In this document: in pieces, positions 19,993 to 27,763 of the stretch
Layout: every line of letters begins with the position of its first letter
Position numbering within the stretch: position 1 is the stretch's first letter
From: Candidatus Hydrogenedentales bacterium
GTDB lineage: Bacteria > Hydrogenedentota > Hydrogenedentia > Hydrogenedentales > JAEUWI01
DNA: 45,109 nucleotides
Reading direction: 5' to 3'
Assembly: GCA_044359155.1 (NCBI GenBank)
Contig: JBIKMR010000003.1
Span: 1 to 45,109, forward strand
The notes under the pieces: generated by a model
The model's database searches: none
Seen by the model: the letters and a program-made list of their open reading frames with translations, nothing else
What the model was told of the DNA's origin: nothing
Translations under genes and position numbers: made by a program

Positions 19993-21066
19993 CTAGATCA
20001 CGAAGTCCTCTACGAATACACGTGCATCGCGTGCGCTTACGTAGACGCGGTCGTTCTGGCCAATGGCCAGCTCGGAAAAGCGGGCGTGGGAAAGGTCCAC
20101 ACGGATTCGGTCGTTATTGGCGAGCGCCAGCTCAACGCGCACGACGGGGCCGGTGGTTTGCACGCGCAAGACATGGGCTTCGAGATAGCTGCCGTGTCCG
20201 TTGGTGGCCGGGTGCAGGTCGAGGTCGTGCGGGCGGATGAAGGCGCGGCCTTCCTGCCCTTCGGGCGCGCCATCCACAGGCAGGGCCAGCCCGCCAACGC
20301 GCAGGCTGCCTCCCTCGACACGCCCGTGGAAGAGGTTTACTGTGCCAAGGAAGTTGGCAACGAACTCGGTGGCGGGACGGTGGAACAAGTCTTCCGGTTT
20401 GCCGTCCTGCTCGATATGCCCCTTGTTCATCACCACCACGCGGTCGGCCACTTCGAGCGCTTCTTCCTGGTCGTGGGTCACAAACAGGCTGGTGATATGC
20501 AGCTCGTCGTGAAGCTGGCGCAGCCACCGGCGCAGCTCTTCGCGCACCTTGGCATCCAGCGCGCCGAAGGGTTCGTCGAGTAGCAGCACCTTGGGCTCCG
20601 TGGCGAGGGCGCGGGCTAGCGCCACGCGCTGCCGCTGGCCGCCGGATAGCTGAGACGGATAGCGGTGCTCCATGGATTCGAGTTGCACAAGGCCCAGCAG
20701 CTCGCGCACGCGACGGGCTATCTCCGCCTTCTCTGGGCGCTCGCTGCGGGGCCGCACGCGCAGGCCAAAGGCCACGTTGTCGAACACGGACATGTGGCGG
20801 AAGAGAGCATAGTGCTGGAACACAAATCCCACGCGCCTCTCCCCCACGCGCTTGAAGGCGACGTCCTCGTCGTTGAACCGGACAGTGGTGCCGGGCAGCA
20901 CGTCGGGGTATTCCAACCCGGCGATGATGCGCAGCAGGGTCGTCTTGCCCGAGCCAGAAGGCCCAAGCAGCGCCACAAGTTCGCCGGGGTTCACGGTAAG
21001 CTGGACCTTGTCCAGCGCCGTGAAGGAGCCAAAATGTTTGCTGATGTTGTTGACTTCAATACTCAT
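19993..21066 (-). CDS. cysA: Sulfate/thiosulfate ABC transporter ATP-binding protein
   Basis: [30 protein letters not shown] and a C-terminal TOBE-like region; operon context. Confidence 0.95.
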   Translation of the reverse strand: MSIEVNNISKHFGSFTALDKVQLTVNPGELVALLGPSGSGKTTLLRIIAGLEYPDVLPGTTVRFNDEDVAFKRVGERRVGFVFQHYALFRHMSVFDNVAFGLRVRPRSERPEKAEIARRVRELLGLVQLESMEHRYPSQLSGGQRQRVALARALATEPKVLLLDEPFGALDAKVREELRRWLRQLHDELHITSLFVTHDQEEALEVADRVVVMNKGHIEQDGKPEDLFHRPATEFVANFLGTVNLFHGRVEGGSLRVGGLALPVDGAPEGQEGRAFIRPHDLDLHPATNGHGSYLEAHVLRVQTTGPVVRVELALANNDRIRVDLSHARFSELAIGQNDRVYVSARDARVFVEDFVI

Positions 21067-21938
21067 GAAACAGTCTCCACAGTCCTTGCTCCCTCGCGTG
21101 AGGTGGCGTGCATTCGCCGCTCAACGATGGCTTTGGCCACCAGCGTGAGCAGCGCCAGAAAAGTTAGCAGCGACGCGGCGGCAAAGGCCGCTACGAAGTT
21201 GTACTCGTTGTAGAGAATCTCTACGTGGAGAGGCAGCGTATTCGTCTTGCCACGTATGTGGCCGGACACCACGGACACCGCGCCGAATTCGCCCATGGCA
21301 CGGGCGTTGCAAAGGATGACGCCATAGAGCACGGCCCAGCGCACGTTGGGCAGGGTCACATGCCAGAAGGTCTGCCAGCCGTTCGCCCCCAGCAGGATGG
21401 CCGCCTGCTCCTCGTCTGTCCCTTGTTCCTGCATGAGGGGTATCACCTCGCGCGCGACGAAGGGGAAGGTGACGAAAATGGTAGCCAGCACAATGCCCGG
21501 CACGGCGAAGATAATCTCGATGTCGTTGGCTTGCAACCACGGGCCGAACCAGCCGTGCGCGCCGAAAAGCAGCACATACACCAATCCCGACACTACGGGG
21601 GAAACGGCGAAGGGTAGGTCGATGAGCGTGATAATAAAGCTGCGCCCTGGGAACTGGAACTTTCCTAAGGCCCAAGCAGCGGCGAGGCCGAAGACGGTGT
21701 TCAACGGCACTGCAATAACGCAGACGATGAGCGTCAGCTTGATGGCAGCAAAGGCCGCCGAGTCATTGAAGCTGGCGAAGTAGGCGTAGACACCCTTGCG
21801 CAGCGCCTCAAAAAATACGGCCCCCAAGGGTGCCACCAAAAAGAGACTGAGGAAAGCGATGGTAATCGAAATGAGCAACCAGCGCACCCAGGCGGGCTCG
21901 GAGATTTGCGCGTTCACGTTCTTGGATATTGCAGACAT
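21063..21938 (-). CDS. cysW: Sulfate ABC transporter permease CysW
   Basis: [13 protein letters not shown] and [36 protein letters not shown] 21938 is coupled to the cysT stop. Confidence 0.95.
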   Translation of the reverse strand: MSAISKNVNAQISEPAWVRWLLISITIAFLSLFLVAPLGAVFFEALRKGVYAYFASFNDSAAFAAIKLTLIVCVIAVPLNTVFGLAAAWALGKFQFPGRSFIITLIDLPFAVSPVVSGLVYVLLFGAHGWFGPWLQANDIEIIFAVPGIVLATIFVTFPFVAREVIPLMQEQGTDEEQAAILLGANGWQTFWHVTLPNVRWAVLYGVILCNARAMGEFGAVSVVSGHIRGKTNTLPLHVEILYNEYNFVAAFAAASLLTFLALLTLVAKAIVERRMHATSREGARTVETVS

Positions 21939-22777
21939 CAGGCCATGCTCCCCTGGTAGCGGCGTACGCTCCACCATTGCAGCACGTTGATGAGGAAGAG
22001 CAGCACGAAGGAGAACAGCAGCATGACGACGGCGATGGCAGTGGCGCCGGGGTAGTCGTATTGTTCCAGCTTGGTGATGATGAGCAGGCTGGTGATCTCG
22101 GTCTTCATCGGCATGTTGCCCGCAATGAAGATGACGGAGCCATACTCACCTATGCTGCGTGCGAAGGCCAGCGCAAAGCCGGTGAGCAGTGGCGGAATGA
22201 GCGGGGGCATCAGCACGCGAAAGAAGGTGGCGAAACGGGACGCACCCAGGCTGCTGGCCGCCTCTTCCACTTCACGGTCGAGGTCGGCAATGGCGGGCTG
22301 CACCGTGCGCACCACGAAGGGCAACCCAATGAAAAGCAAGGCGATACCAATGCCAAGGGGGCTGAAGGCAGTCTTGATGCCCAGCGGGGCGAAGAACTGC
22401 CCAAACAATCCGGCGGGAGCATAGAGCGCCGTGAGCGCAATGCCGGAAACGGCGGTGGGCAGGGCGAAGGGAAGATCGATCAAGGCATCAACGATCTTCT
22501 TGCCGGGGAAGGTGTAGCGCACCAGCACCCAGGCGGTAATGAATCCAAAGAATAGATTTACGAGGGCGGCCAGGAAGGATACGCCGAAGGTCAGCTTGTA
22601 GGATGCCACCACGCGCGGGCTGGCAACCGCCTCGAAGAACTCCGCCACCGTCAGCGAACTGGTGCGCACGAACAAGGCCGCCAGCGGCACAAGCACAATC
22701 AAGCTCAGGTAAGTTACCGTGAAGCCAAGCGTCAATCCGAAGCCGGGTAGGACGCTATATGTTTTATTGAGAGACAT
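21938..22777 (-). CDS. cysT: Sulfate ABC transporter permease CysT
   Basis: LPGFGLTLG, DLPFALPTAVSG and GEYGSVIFIAGNMP.KTEI. Confidence 0.95.
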   Translation of the reverse strand: MSLNKTYSVLPGFGLTLGFTVTYLSLIVLVPLAALFVRTSSLTVAEFFEAVASPRVVASYKLTFGVSFLAALVNLFFGFITAWVLVRYTFPGKKIVDALIDLPFALPTAVSGIALTALYAPAGLFGQFFAPLGIKTAFSPLGIGIALLFIGLPFVVRTVQPAIADLDREVEEAASSLGASRFATFFRVLMPPLIPPLLTGFALAFARSIGEYGSVIFIAGNMPMKTEITSLLIITKLEQYDYPGATAIAVVMLLFSFVLLFLINVLQWWSVRRYQGSMA

Positions 22778-22832
22778 GAGACTCTTTCCAGGGCATAGGG
22801 CTTAGAGGACGAACAAGTCCTAATTTTCGATT

Positions 22833-22868
22833 AGCCGGGGGCGGCGTGGTGACGCGCCGCCCCCGGCT
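22833..22868. other. Perfect 14-bp intercistronic hairpin between sbp and cysT
   Basis: AGCCGGGGGCGGCG-N8-CGCCGCCCCCGGCT with no U-tract. Likely stabilises the sbp mRNA segment. Confidence 0.7.
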
Positions 22869-22878
22869 GGTCACGGGG

Positions 22879-23943
22879 TTAGGGCTGGTATATCTGGTCA
22901 AAAATGCCGCCGTCGTTGAAGTGCTTCGGCTGGGCTACTTCCCACCCGCCGAAGTAGTCGTCAATGGTGAACAACGTCAGCTCCTGGAATCGCGCGATGT
23001 CCTCGGGCGCGGCATGCTCCGGGGAGCGCGGACGGTAGTAGTGCTTGCCTGCAAGCTTCTGCCCCTCGGGCGAGTACAGATACTTCAGGTACTCGTTGGC
23101 CACTTCGGTCGTGCCATGCTTCTCGGCGTTCTTGTCCACCAGCGTTACCGGCGGTTCCGTCAAGATGCTGCTGGGCGGATAGACAATCTCAACCAGGCCC
23201 TTGCCCAGTTCGTTGGCTGCAAGGAAGGCTTCATTTTCCCAGGAAAGGAACACGTCGCCGATGCCGCGCTGCAGGAACGTGGTCGTGCTGCCGCGCGCGC
23301 CAGAGTCCAGCACCGGAACATGCTTGTACAGTTCGGAGATGAACGCCTGCGCCTTCGCTTCCGCCGCTGCCAACTTCTCCGGTTCGGCATTGGCGGGCGT
23401 TGTATCGCCCAGTTCCTGTCGCAGCGCCCACGCCCAGGCGGCGAGGTAGTTCCAGCGCGCGCCGCCCGAAGTCTTCGGGTTCGGCGTGATCACCTCGATG
23501 TCGCCCTTGACGAGATCGCCCCAGTCCTTGATCTTCTTCGGGTTGCTCTTGCGCACCAGGAATACAATCGTGCTGGTGTAGGGGGAGCTGTTGTGGGGCA
23601 GGCGGCTCTGCCAGTTCTCGGGCAGCACCTTGGCTTCACGGGATATGGCGTTGATGTCATAGGCCAGCGCCAGCGTGGCGACGTCTGCGGGCAAGCCGTC
23701 GATCACGGCGCGGGCCTGTTTGCCTGCGCCGCCGTGCGACTGGTTAATCGTTACGTCCTGGCCGGTCTTGTCTTTCCAATACTTGGCGAAGGCTGTGTTG
23801 TACTCGACGTACAGCTCGCGCGTCGGGTCGTAGGAGACGTTGAGCAGGGTGACGGATTCGGCATGGGCCGCCGTCAATGCCCCCAGCACCAGGCCAGCAA
23901 CAAGCCCGCGACGCAGCGCGTGTGCAAATTTACTCATCTTCAT
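22879..23943 (-). CDS. sbp: Sulfate-binding periplasmic protein
   Basis: [37 protein letters not shown] and [11 protein letters not shown]. Signal peptide from ATG 23943 with AAGGA SD. Confidence 0.95.
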   Translation of the reverse strand: MKMSKFAHALRRGLVAGLVLGALTAAHAESVTLLNVSYDPTRELYVEYNTAFAKYWKDKTGQDVTINQSHGGAGKQARAVIDGLPADVATLALAYDINAISREAKVLPENWQSRLPHNSSPYTSTIVFLVRKSNPKKIKDWGDLVKGDIEVITPNPKTSGGARWNYLAAWAWALRQELGDTTPANAEPEKLAAAEAKAQAFISELYKHVPVLDSGARGSTTTFLQRGIGDVFLSWENEAFLAANELGKGLVEIVYPPSSILTEPPVTLVDKNAEKHGTTEVANEYLKYLYSPEGQKLAGKHYYRPRSPEHAAPEDIARFQELTLFTIDDYFGGWEVAQPKHFNDGGIFDQIYQP

Positions 23944-24069
23944 TTCGTTCATTCCTTTTACATCTTGGGTTGTCGTTGGCGGCTTCCCGTCCCGTCCCCC
24001 CTCCTCCCCCTGCGGGAGGGAGGAGAGGGGCGCGTGGGAGGAAGGGTGCATTCAACGCGTCACAGGGGG

Positions 24070-24234
24070 TTACTCTTCTTCGGGCGCAAAGAAGTCGCGC
24101 AGGTCGCCGAAGAAGCCGAGTGCCTCTCCGAGCGCCTTGATGATGCTGCTGGCAACAGTAGCTTTCTGGCCAGTCTCGAGCAGGGATTCAGCCTTGGCGG
24201 GGCGGGCAACGGTGAGGTTCTTGGTGTGTTTCAT
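24070..24234 (-). CDS. Unannotated 54-aa peptide MKHTKNLTVARPAKAESLLETGQKATVASSIIKALGEALGFFGDLRDFFAPEEE
   Basis: Translated by hand. AGAAGGA SD, ATG 24234, TAA at 24070-24072, GC-rich third positions. Co-oriented between the porin and sbp; below the ORF-track cutoff. Confidence 0.7.
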   Translation of the reverse strand: MKHTKNLTVARPAKAESLLETGQKATVASSIIKALGEALGFFGDLRDFFAPEEE

Positions 24235-24303
24235 CTTTTGTAGTCCTTCTAATTGAGTTATTGTTTGTTGTTTGCCAGGTCATTTGCGCGCAGGGCGCGC
24301 AGG

Positions 24304-25774
24304 TTAGAATTCCAACTGGAATCGAGTCTGCAAGGTGCCGAAGTCATCCTTGAACAGCGGGTGGTCAACCTCGTTGTGGATGTAGTTCCAGCTCACCATG
24401 AAGTTCTTGTTCAGGTACCAGTTCAGGCCAAGCGTTGCGCTGGTGTGTTCGCCGCCCTGGACAGGGCCGCTAGACAGGTCAACTTCGCCATAACGCGCCA
24501 GCACTTCCCATGCGCCGGGACCGCGCTTTTCTCCCTTGAAGGAGAAGGGACGTTCCGGGTTGGGACGCTGAATGCGGCCACTGTCGTGGCGATAAACGCG
24601 GTTCTCGCCCGTGATCACATACCCCGCCTGCGCGTACCAGCCGTCATAGGTCAAGTCGCCGCCGAAGGTAGTCTCCACGTCGGAACGTACGTATTCGCTC
24701 TGGAACGAGAAGCCGCCGAAGATGGCCGCCAGTTCAAGGCCCAGCAAGTTCACGTCATCCGCGCGGGCGCTGGCCAGGCGGAAGCCTGCCGGGACCAGGG
24801 CACTATCCGGATTGATGTAACGGAACAGGCCAAGCCGCGTTTCGGGGCGCACGCCGTAGGGAAGCGCAGCGCCATCCGGATTGCGCAGGCTGTAAGCCGC
24901 GCCCACATGGATGAGTTGGCGACCATCGTTCGCGTAATAAGGCAAACCCGCAATGCGTCCGGTGAACTGGTAACCCTGATCCTCGTCTGAGTCGTTGCTG
25001 CTGGGCCAGTCGTCGGTTTCCTTAAACACGCCCAACTGCCAGGACAAGCGTTCCTTCTTGGGTTCGCCAATCAATGAATCGCTCAACTGGATACCAGCAT
25101 TGCGGGAGGGAACCAGCGTGTCGATTAACGGGTTCTCTTGGAACGCGCGGTCGGTGATCGCGTTCAGCTCGTCGAGGCTAAAGGGTTCCTTGAAGTGGCC
25201 AATGCGAACATCAAAGGCGTTGTCCCCAAAGTAGGGAATGCCGTTGTACTGCAGGAACACGTCGCGGAAGCGGGGCGTATCACCGCCATTTTCACCCGCG
25301 AAATCGATCTCCGCCTGGTAAGTTATGTCGGAATAGACCTTACCCGAGAGCGTAAGCCGCGCCGCGCGGAAGCCGGTGCCATCCTGCTCGTCGCCAAAGG
25401 CGGCTTCCAGGTCATCGCCCTGATCGAACCACGCGAAGTCGTGGATCAATCGCAGGCCAATCTTGCTTTCGAAGGCGCCATCGGGCGTGCTGAACTTCAG
25501 GCCGTCCTGGTTGAGTGACAGCTTGGGGGTTGCAGCCGCCTTCTCGGCGTCCTTCTTTACCTGTTCCTGCTGGTCCGTGTCGTAACGTGTCCAAATACCG
25601 TCCACACGGCGCTCGACATCGTCGATCTTTTCGAGCTTTTTCTCCAGCTCCTCTATGCGCTGCTGAAGACGTTCCAGCTCTACCGCATCGGGGGGGAGCC
25701 TTGGACGCGCCTTGCGCCCACGCCGGGCTGCTGCCAGCAAGCAGCACGGCTAGCCCTGTTCGTAGCCATTTCAT
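24304..25774 (-). CDS. OprO/OprP-family anion-selective porin, frameshifted at a C7 tract (25690-25696)
   Basis: FR.ARL...G, GHFKEPFSL, GAWEVLARY, TLGLNWYLN and a terminal F. The signal peptide MKWLRTGLAVLLAGSSPAWA (ATG 25774, GAGGAG SD) lies in a different frame from the barrel. Confidence 0.85.
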
Positions 25775-25904
25775 CAGTCGTTTCTCCTCTTGCAAACTGC
25801 GGCACTCCGGCTGGCCGGTCGTGGTTCCGCTTACCCTGCGTGGTATTGGATTTCTCCGGATGTCCGGGCGAAATGTGAACGGTGGCGGCGACACTTCTTT
25901 GCTG

Positions 25905-26126
25905 TTACTTGCGGCCCGCATCGAGGCGGACGCGTTCGCGCCGGTCGATTTGAACCACGCGTCCGTCGTGGACGGTGACTTCCACGGAGCCGTACTTGAG
26001 GCTGCCGACTGCGGTGAGGATCCGGCGGGCCACGTCCTCATCCACGCTGGCTGCGCCAATGGCGCGCGGGGTTTTGGGTTCCACCGCCTGAAGCGGCACA
26101 AAGGACTGGGGGCTAACGTTTGACAT
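25905..26126 (-). CDS. YezD/DUF2292 (OscA-like) small protein
   Basis: LKYGSVEVTVHDGRVVQIDRRERVRL signature; the family is commonly found with sulfate-uptake genes. Confidence 0.88.
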   Translation of the reverse strand: MSNVSPQSFVPLQAVEPKTPRAIGAASVDEDVARRILTAVGSLKYGSVEVTVHDGRVVQIDRRERVRLDAGRK

Positions 26127-26133
26127 TTTCTTT

Positions 26134-26158
26134 AATTCCTATCTTGTTTATAGGATTT
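26134..26158. promoter_or_regulatory. Palindromic operator-like site 1 (probable Rrf2 box)
   Basis: AATTCCTAT-N7-ATAGGATTT, immediately upstream of yezD. Confidence 0.65.
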
Positions 26159-26201
26159 TAATGCGCACTTTAAGAGCCGCATTCACCTCGGTTTGAAAAA
26201 A

Positions 26202-26660
26202 CTAAATGTAGTACATGGGAACGGCGGGTTCTTTGCCGTGCCTCATCTCTTCAACCAAGTCCGCGAGGGACTTTTTCTCCAACACCTCCGCCATCGCGTC
26301 GCGTACTTCGCGCATGAAGGGCCTGACTACGCAGGTCTCCATGTCGCTACAGCCTTCACACTGAATCGGGTCGCGCGTGCGGGCACAGGGCGTTGGGGCA
26401 AAGGGACCGTCGAGCGTGCGAATGATCTCCGCGAGGGTAATCTCGCGGGGGTCGCGCGCAAGGGTGTATCCCCCCGCCGGACCGCGCCTGCTCCGCAGCA
26501 AGCCGCGCTTTCTCAACTGTGTCAGGGTCGCTTCAAGGAACTTCAGCGGTATGCCTTCCTGCTCCGCGATCTGGTCCACAGCTACAAGGTCGGCGTTTGG
26601 GGCATATGCCCCGAGCACCGCCATGGCTCGCAGACCGTATCGCGCTTTGGAAGAAAGCAT
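26202..26660 (-). CDS. Rrf2-family transcriptional regulator (CymR/IscR-like)
   Basis: LSSKARYGLRA, IP.KFLE, SRRGPAGGY.L, 'ITLAEIIRTLDGP' and a Cys cluster C-x8-C-x2-C-x5-C. Confidence 0.93.
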   Translation of the reverse strand: MLSSKARYGLRAMAVLGAYAPNADLVAVDQIAEQEGIPLKFLEATLTQLRKRGLLRSRRGPAGGYTLARDPREITLAEIIRTLDGPFAPTPCARTRDPIQCEGCSDMETCVVRPFMREVRDAMAEVLEKKSLADLVEEMRHGKEPAVPMYYI

Positions 26661-26666
26661 TCGCGT

Positions 26667-26717
26667 ATTTCCTATCGACTGAGGCGGAAATTAGCATACT
26701 TCAAATGTCATTGTCAA
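26667..26717 (-). promoter_or_regulatory. Putative rrf2 promoter with overlapping degenerate operator (26667-26691)
   Basis: Minus strand TTGACA-N18-TAATTT with an extended TG. Plus-strand site ATTTCCTAT-N7-GGCGGAAAT. Confidence 0.45.
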
Positions 26718-26735
26718 CCCTGAATTGTGGGCTGG

Positions 26736-26969
26736 TTAAATTCCTGAACCGTCTTCCATTTCAAACTCGAAGGGCGGCACGAAGGTCTTTGGGCGCGCCA
26801 CCTGACGAACGGCCTTCTCATAGGCTTCCGCATAGATTTGCTGGCGTTCCCGCCGCTCTTCCGGGGAAAGCTGCCCAAAGAAAACATCCGGTACACGCAC
26901 GAAAGGGTTGTCCTGGTCGAGCTCGTTCTGCCGGGCGGTGCGATCCAATGCGTGCTGTAACTTCTTCAT
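26736..26969 (-). CDS. Hypothetical 77-aa protein, first gene of the Rrf2 cluster
   Basis: GAGGGTG SD, its own promoter, and a helical 'QQIYAEAYEKA' core. Confidence 0.7.
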   Translation of the reverse strand: MKKLQHALDRTARQNELDQDNPFVRVPDVFFGQLSPEERRERQQIYAEAYEKAVRQVARPKTFVPPFEFEMEDGSGI

Positions 26970-26985
26970 GATATCACCCTCTTGA

Positions 26986-27027
26986 AAAGTCTATCGGAAT
27001 TGTAGCTTAAATTACCCGCAATGTCTA
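26986..27027 (-). promoter_or_regulatory. Leftward sigma70 promoter overlapped by operator-like site 3 (26986-27010)
   Basis: Minus strand TAGACA(27027-27022)-N17-TACAAT(27004-26999). Plus-strand site AAAGTCTAT-N7-GTAGCTTAA. Confidence 0.65.
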
Positions 27028-27053
27028 GTACTTTCGTATGTTATTGATAATGC

Positions 27054-27082
27054 TTGACTTACGAATTTTCTTGTGCTATATT
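27054..27082 (+). promoter_or_regulatory. Rightward sigma70 promoter for the Met/Cys-rich gene
   Basis: TTGACT-N17-TATATT with an extended -10 TG. Confidence 0.75.
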
Positions 27083-27197
27083 CCGCTCACCTTACCGAAG
27101 GCACCAGCCACTCTGGCTTACCTATACACACCAATGCTGACGCAACGTCGACGCGGAGATCCCATCGGGGAATCCCTCGAACACTGGGAGACCTCTA

Positions 27198-27668
27198 ATG
27201 AAGACTATGATGATGGAAGGCAATATGATGGGGATGGCGCCGATGGGTATGGGCGGCATGGGGATGGGCGCACCGATGATGAGCGCCCCCGCGGGCATGA
27301 ACATGATGATGATTCCGCGCTGCACGATGATGATGGAGAAGTGCGACGGCGGCATGAAAATGATGTGCACCTGTACGGACGCCACGGCCTGCTCCATGAT
27401 GCAGAACCTGTGCAGCATGATGGCCGGTGGCATGATGAGCTGCTGCATGATGATGAACGGCATGGTGATGATGAACTGCAACATGACCATGGGCATGTGC
27501 AAGTGCGAGATGACCAAGGACGGCATGTGCATGACGTGGACCAGCGGCGACGCGATGTGCTGCGACATGATTCAGGCCTGCTGCGACATGATGATGAAGA
27601 TGATGGAATGCGGCTGCACCTGCTGCATGTGCATGAACGGCACGCCCGTGTGCTGCTGCTCCTGCTAA
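27198..27668 (+). CDS. Extremely Met/Cys-rich hypothetical protein (50 Met and 25 Cys in 156 aa)
   Basis: GGGAG SD, own promoter and terminator, internal two-fold repeat, GC-rich third positions. Residues counted by hand. Confidence 0.85.
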   Translation: MKTMMMEGNMMGMAPMGMGGMGMGAPMMSAPAGMNMMMIPRCTMMMEKCDGGMKMMCTCTDATACSMMQNLCSMMAGGMMSCCMMMNGMVMMNCNMTMGMCKCEMTKDGMCMTWTSGDAMCCDMIQACCDMMMKMMECGCTCCMCMNGTPVCCCSC

Positions 27669-27691
27669 TTTACCTAGCCCAATTCGATATT

Positions 27692-27724
27692 GCCCGCCCC
27701 ACCCTGGGGCGGGCTTATCTTTTT
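27692..27724 (+). terminator. Intrinsic terminator
   Basis: GCCCGCCCCA-ccc-TGGGGCGGGC followed by TTATCTTTTT. Confidence 0.8.
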
Positions 27725-27763
27725 GGGAAGAGTGTCGGCAGACGCTTCGAGAATCGCCCCCGG

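Noticed and set aside
25412-26101. 229-aa ORF (-)
   Set aside because: A chimeric frame overlapping yezD. Only its 25774-25690 part is real, as the porin signal peptide.
27198-27668. Classical metallothionein or RiPP precursor call for the Met/Cys-rich protein
   Set aside because: Met outnumbers Cys 2:1, there is no His, it is longer than typical metallothioneins, and no modifying enzymes or metal-resistance genes are nearby. Metal binding is not excluded.
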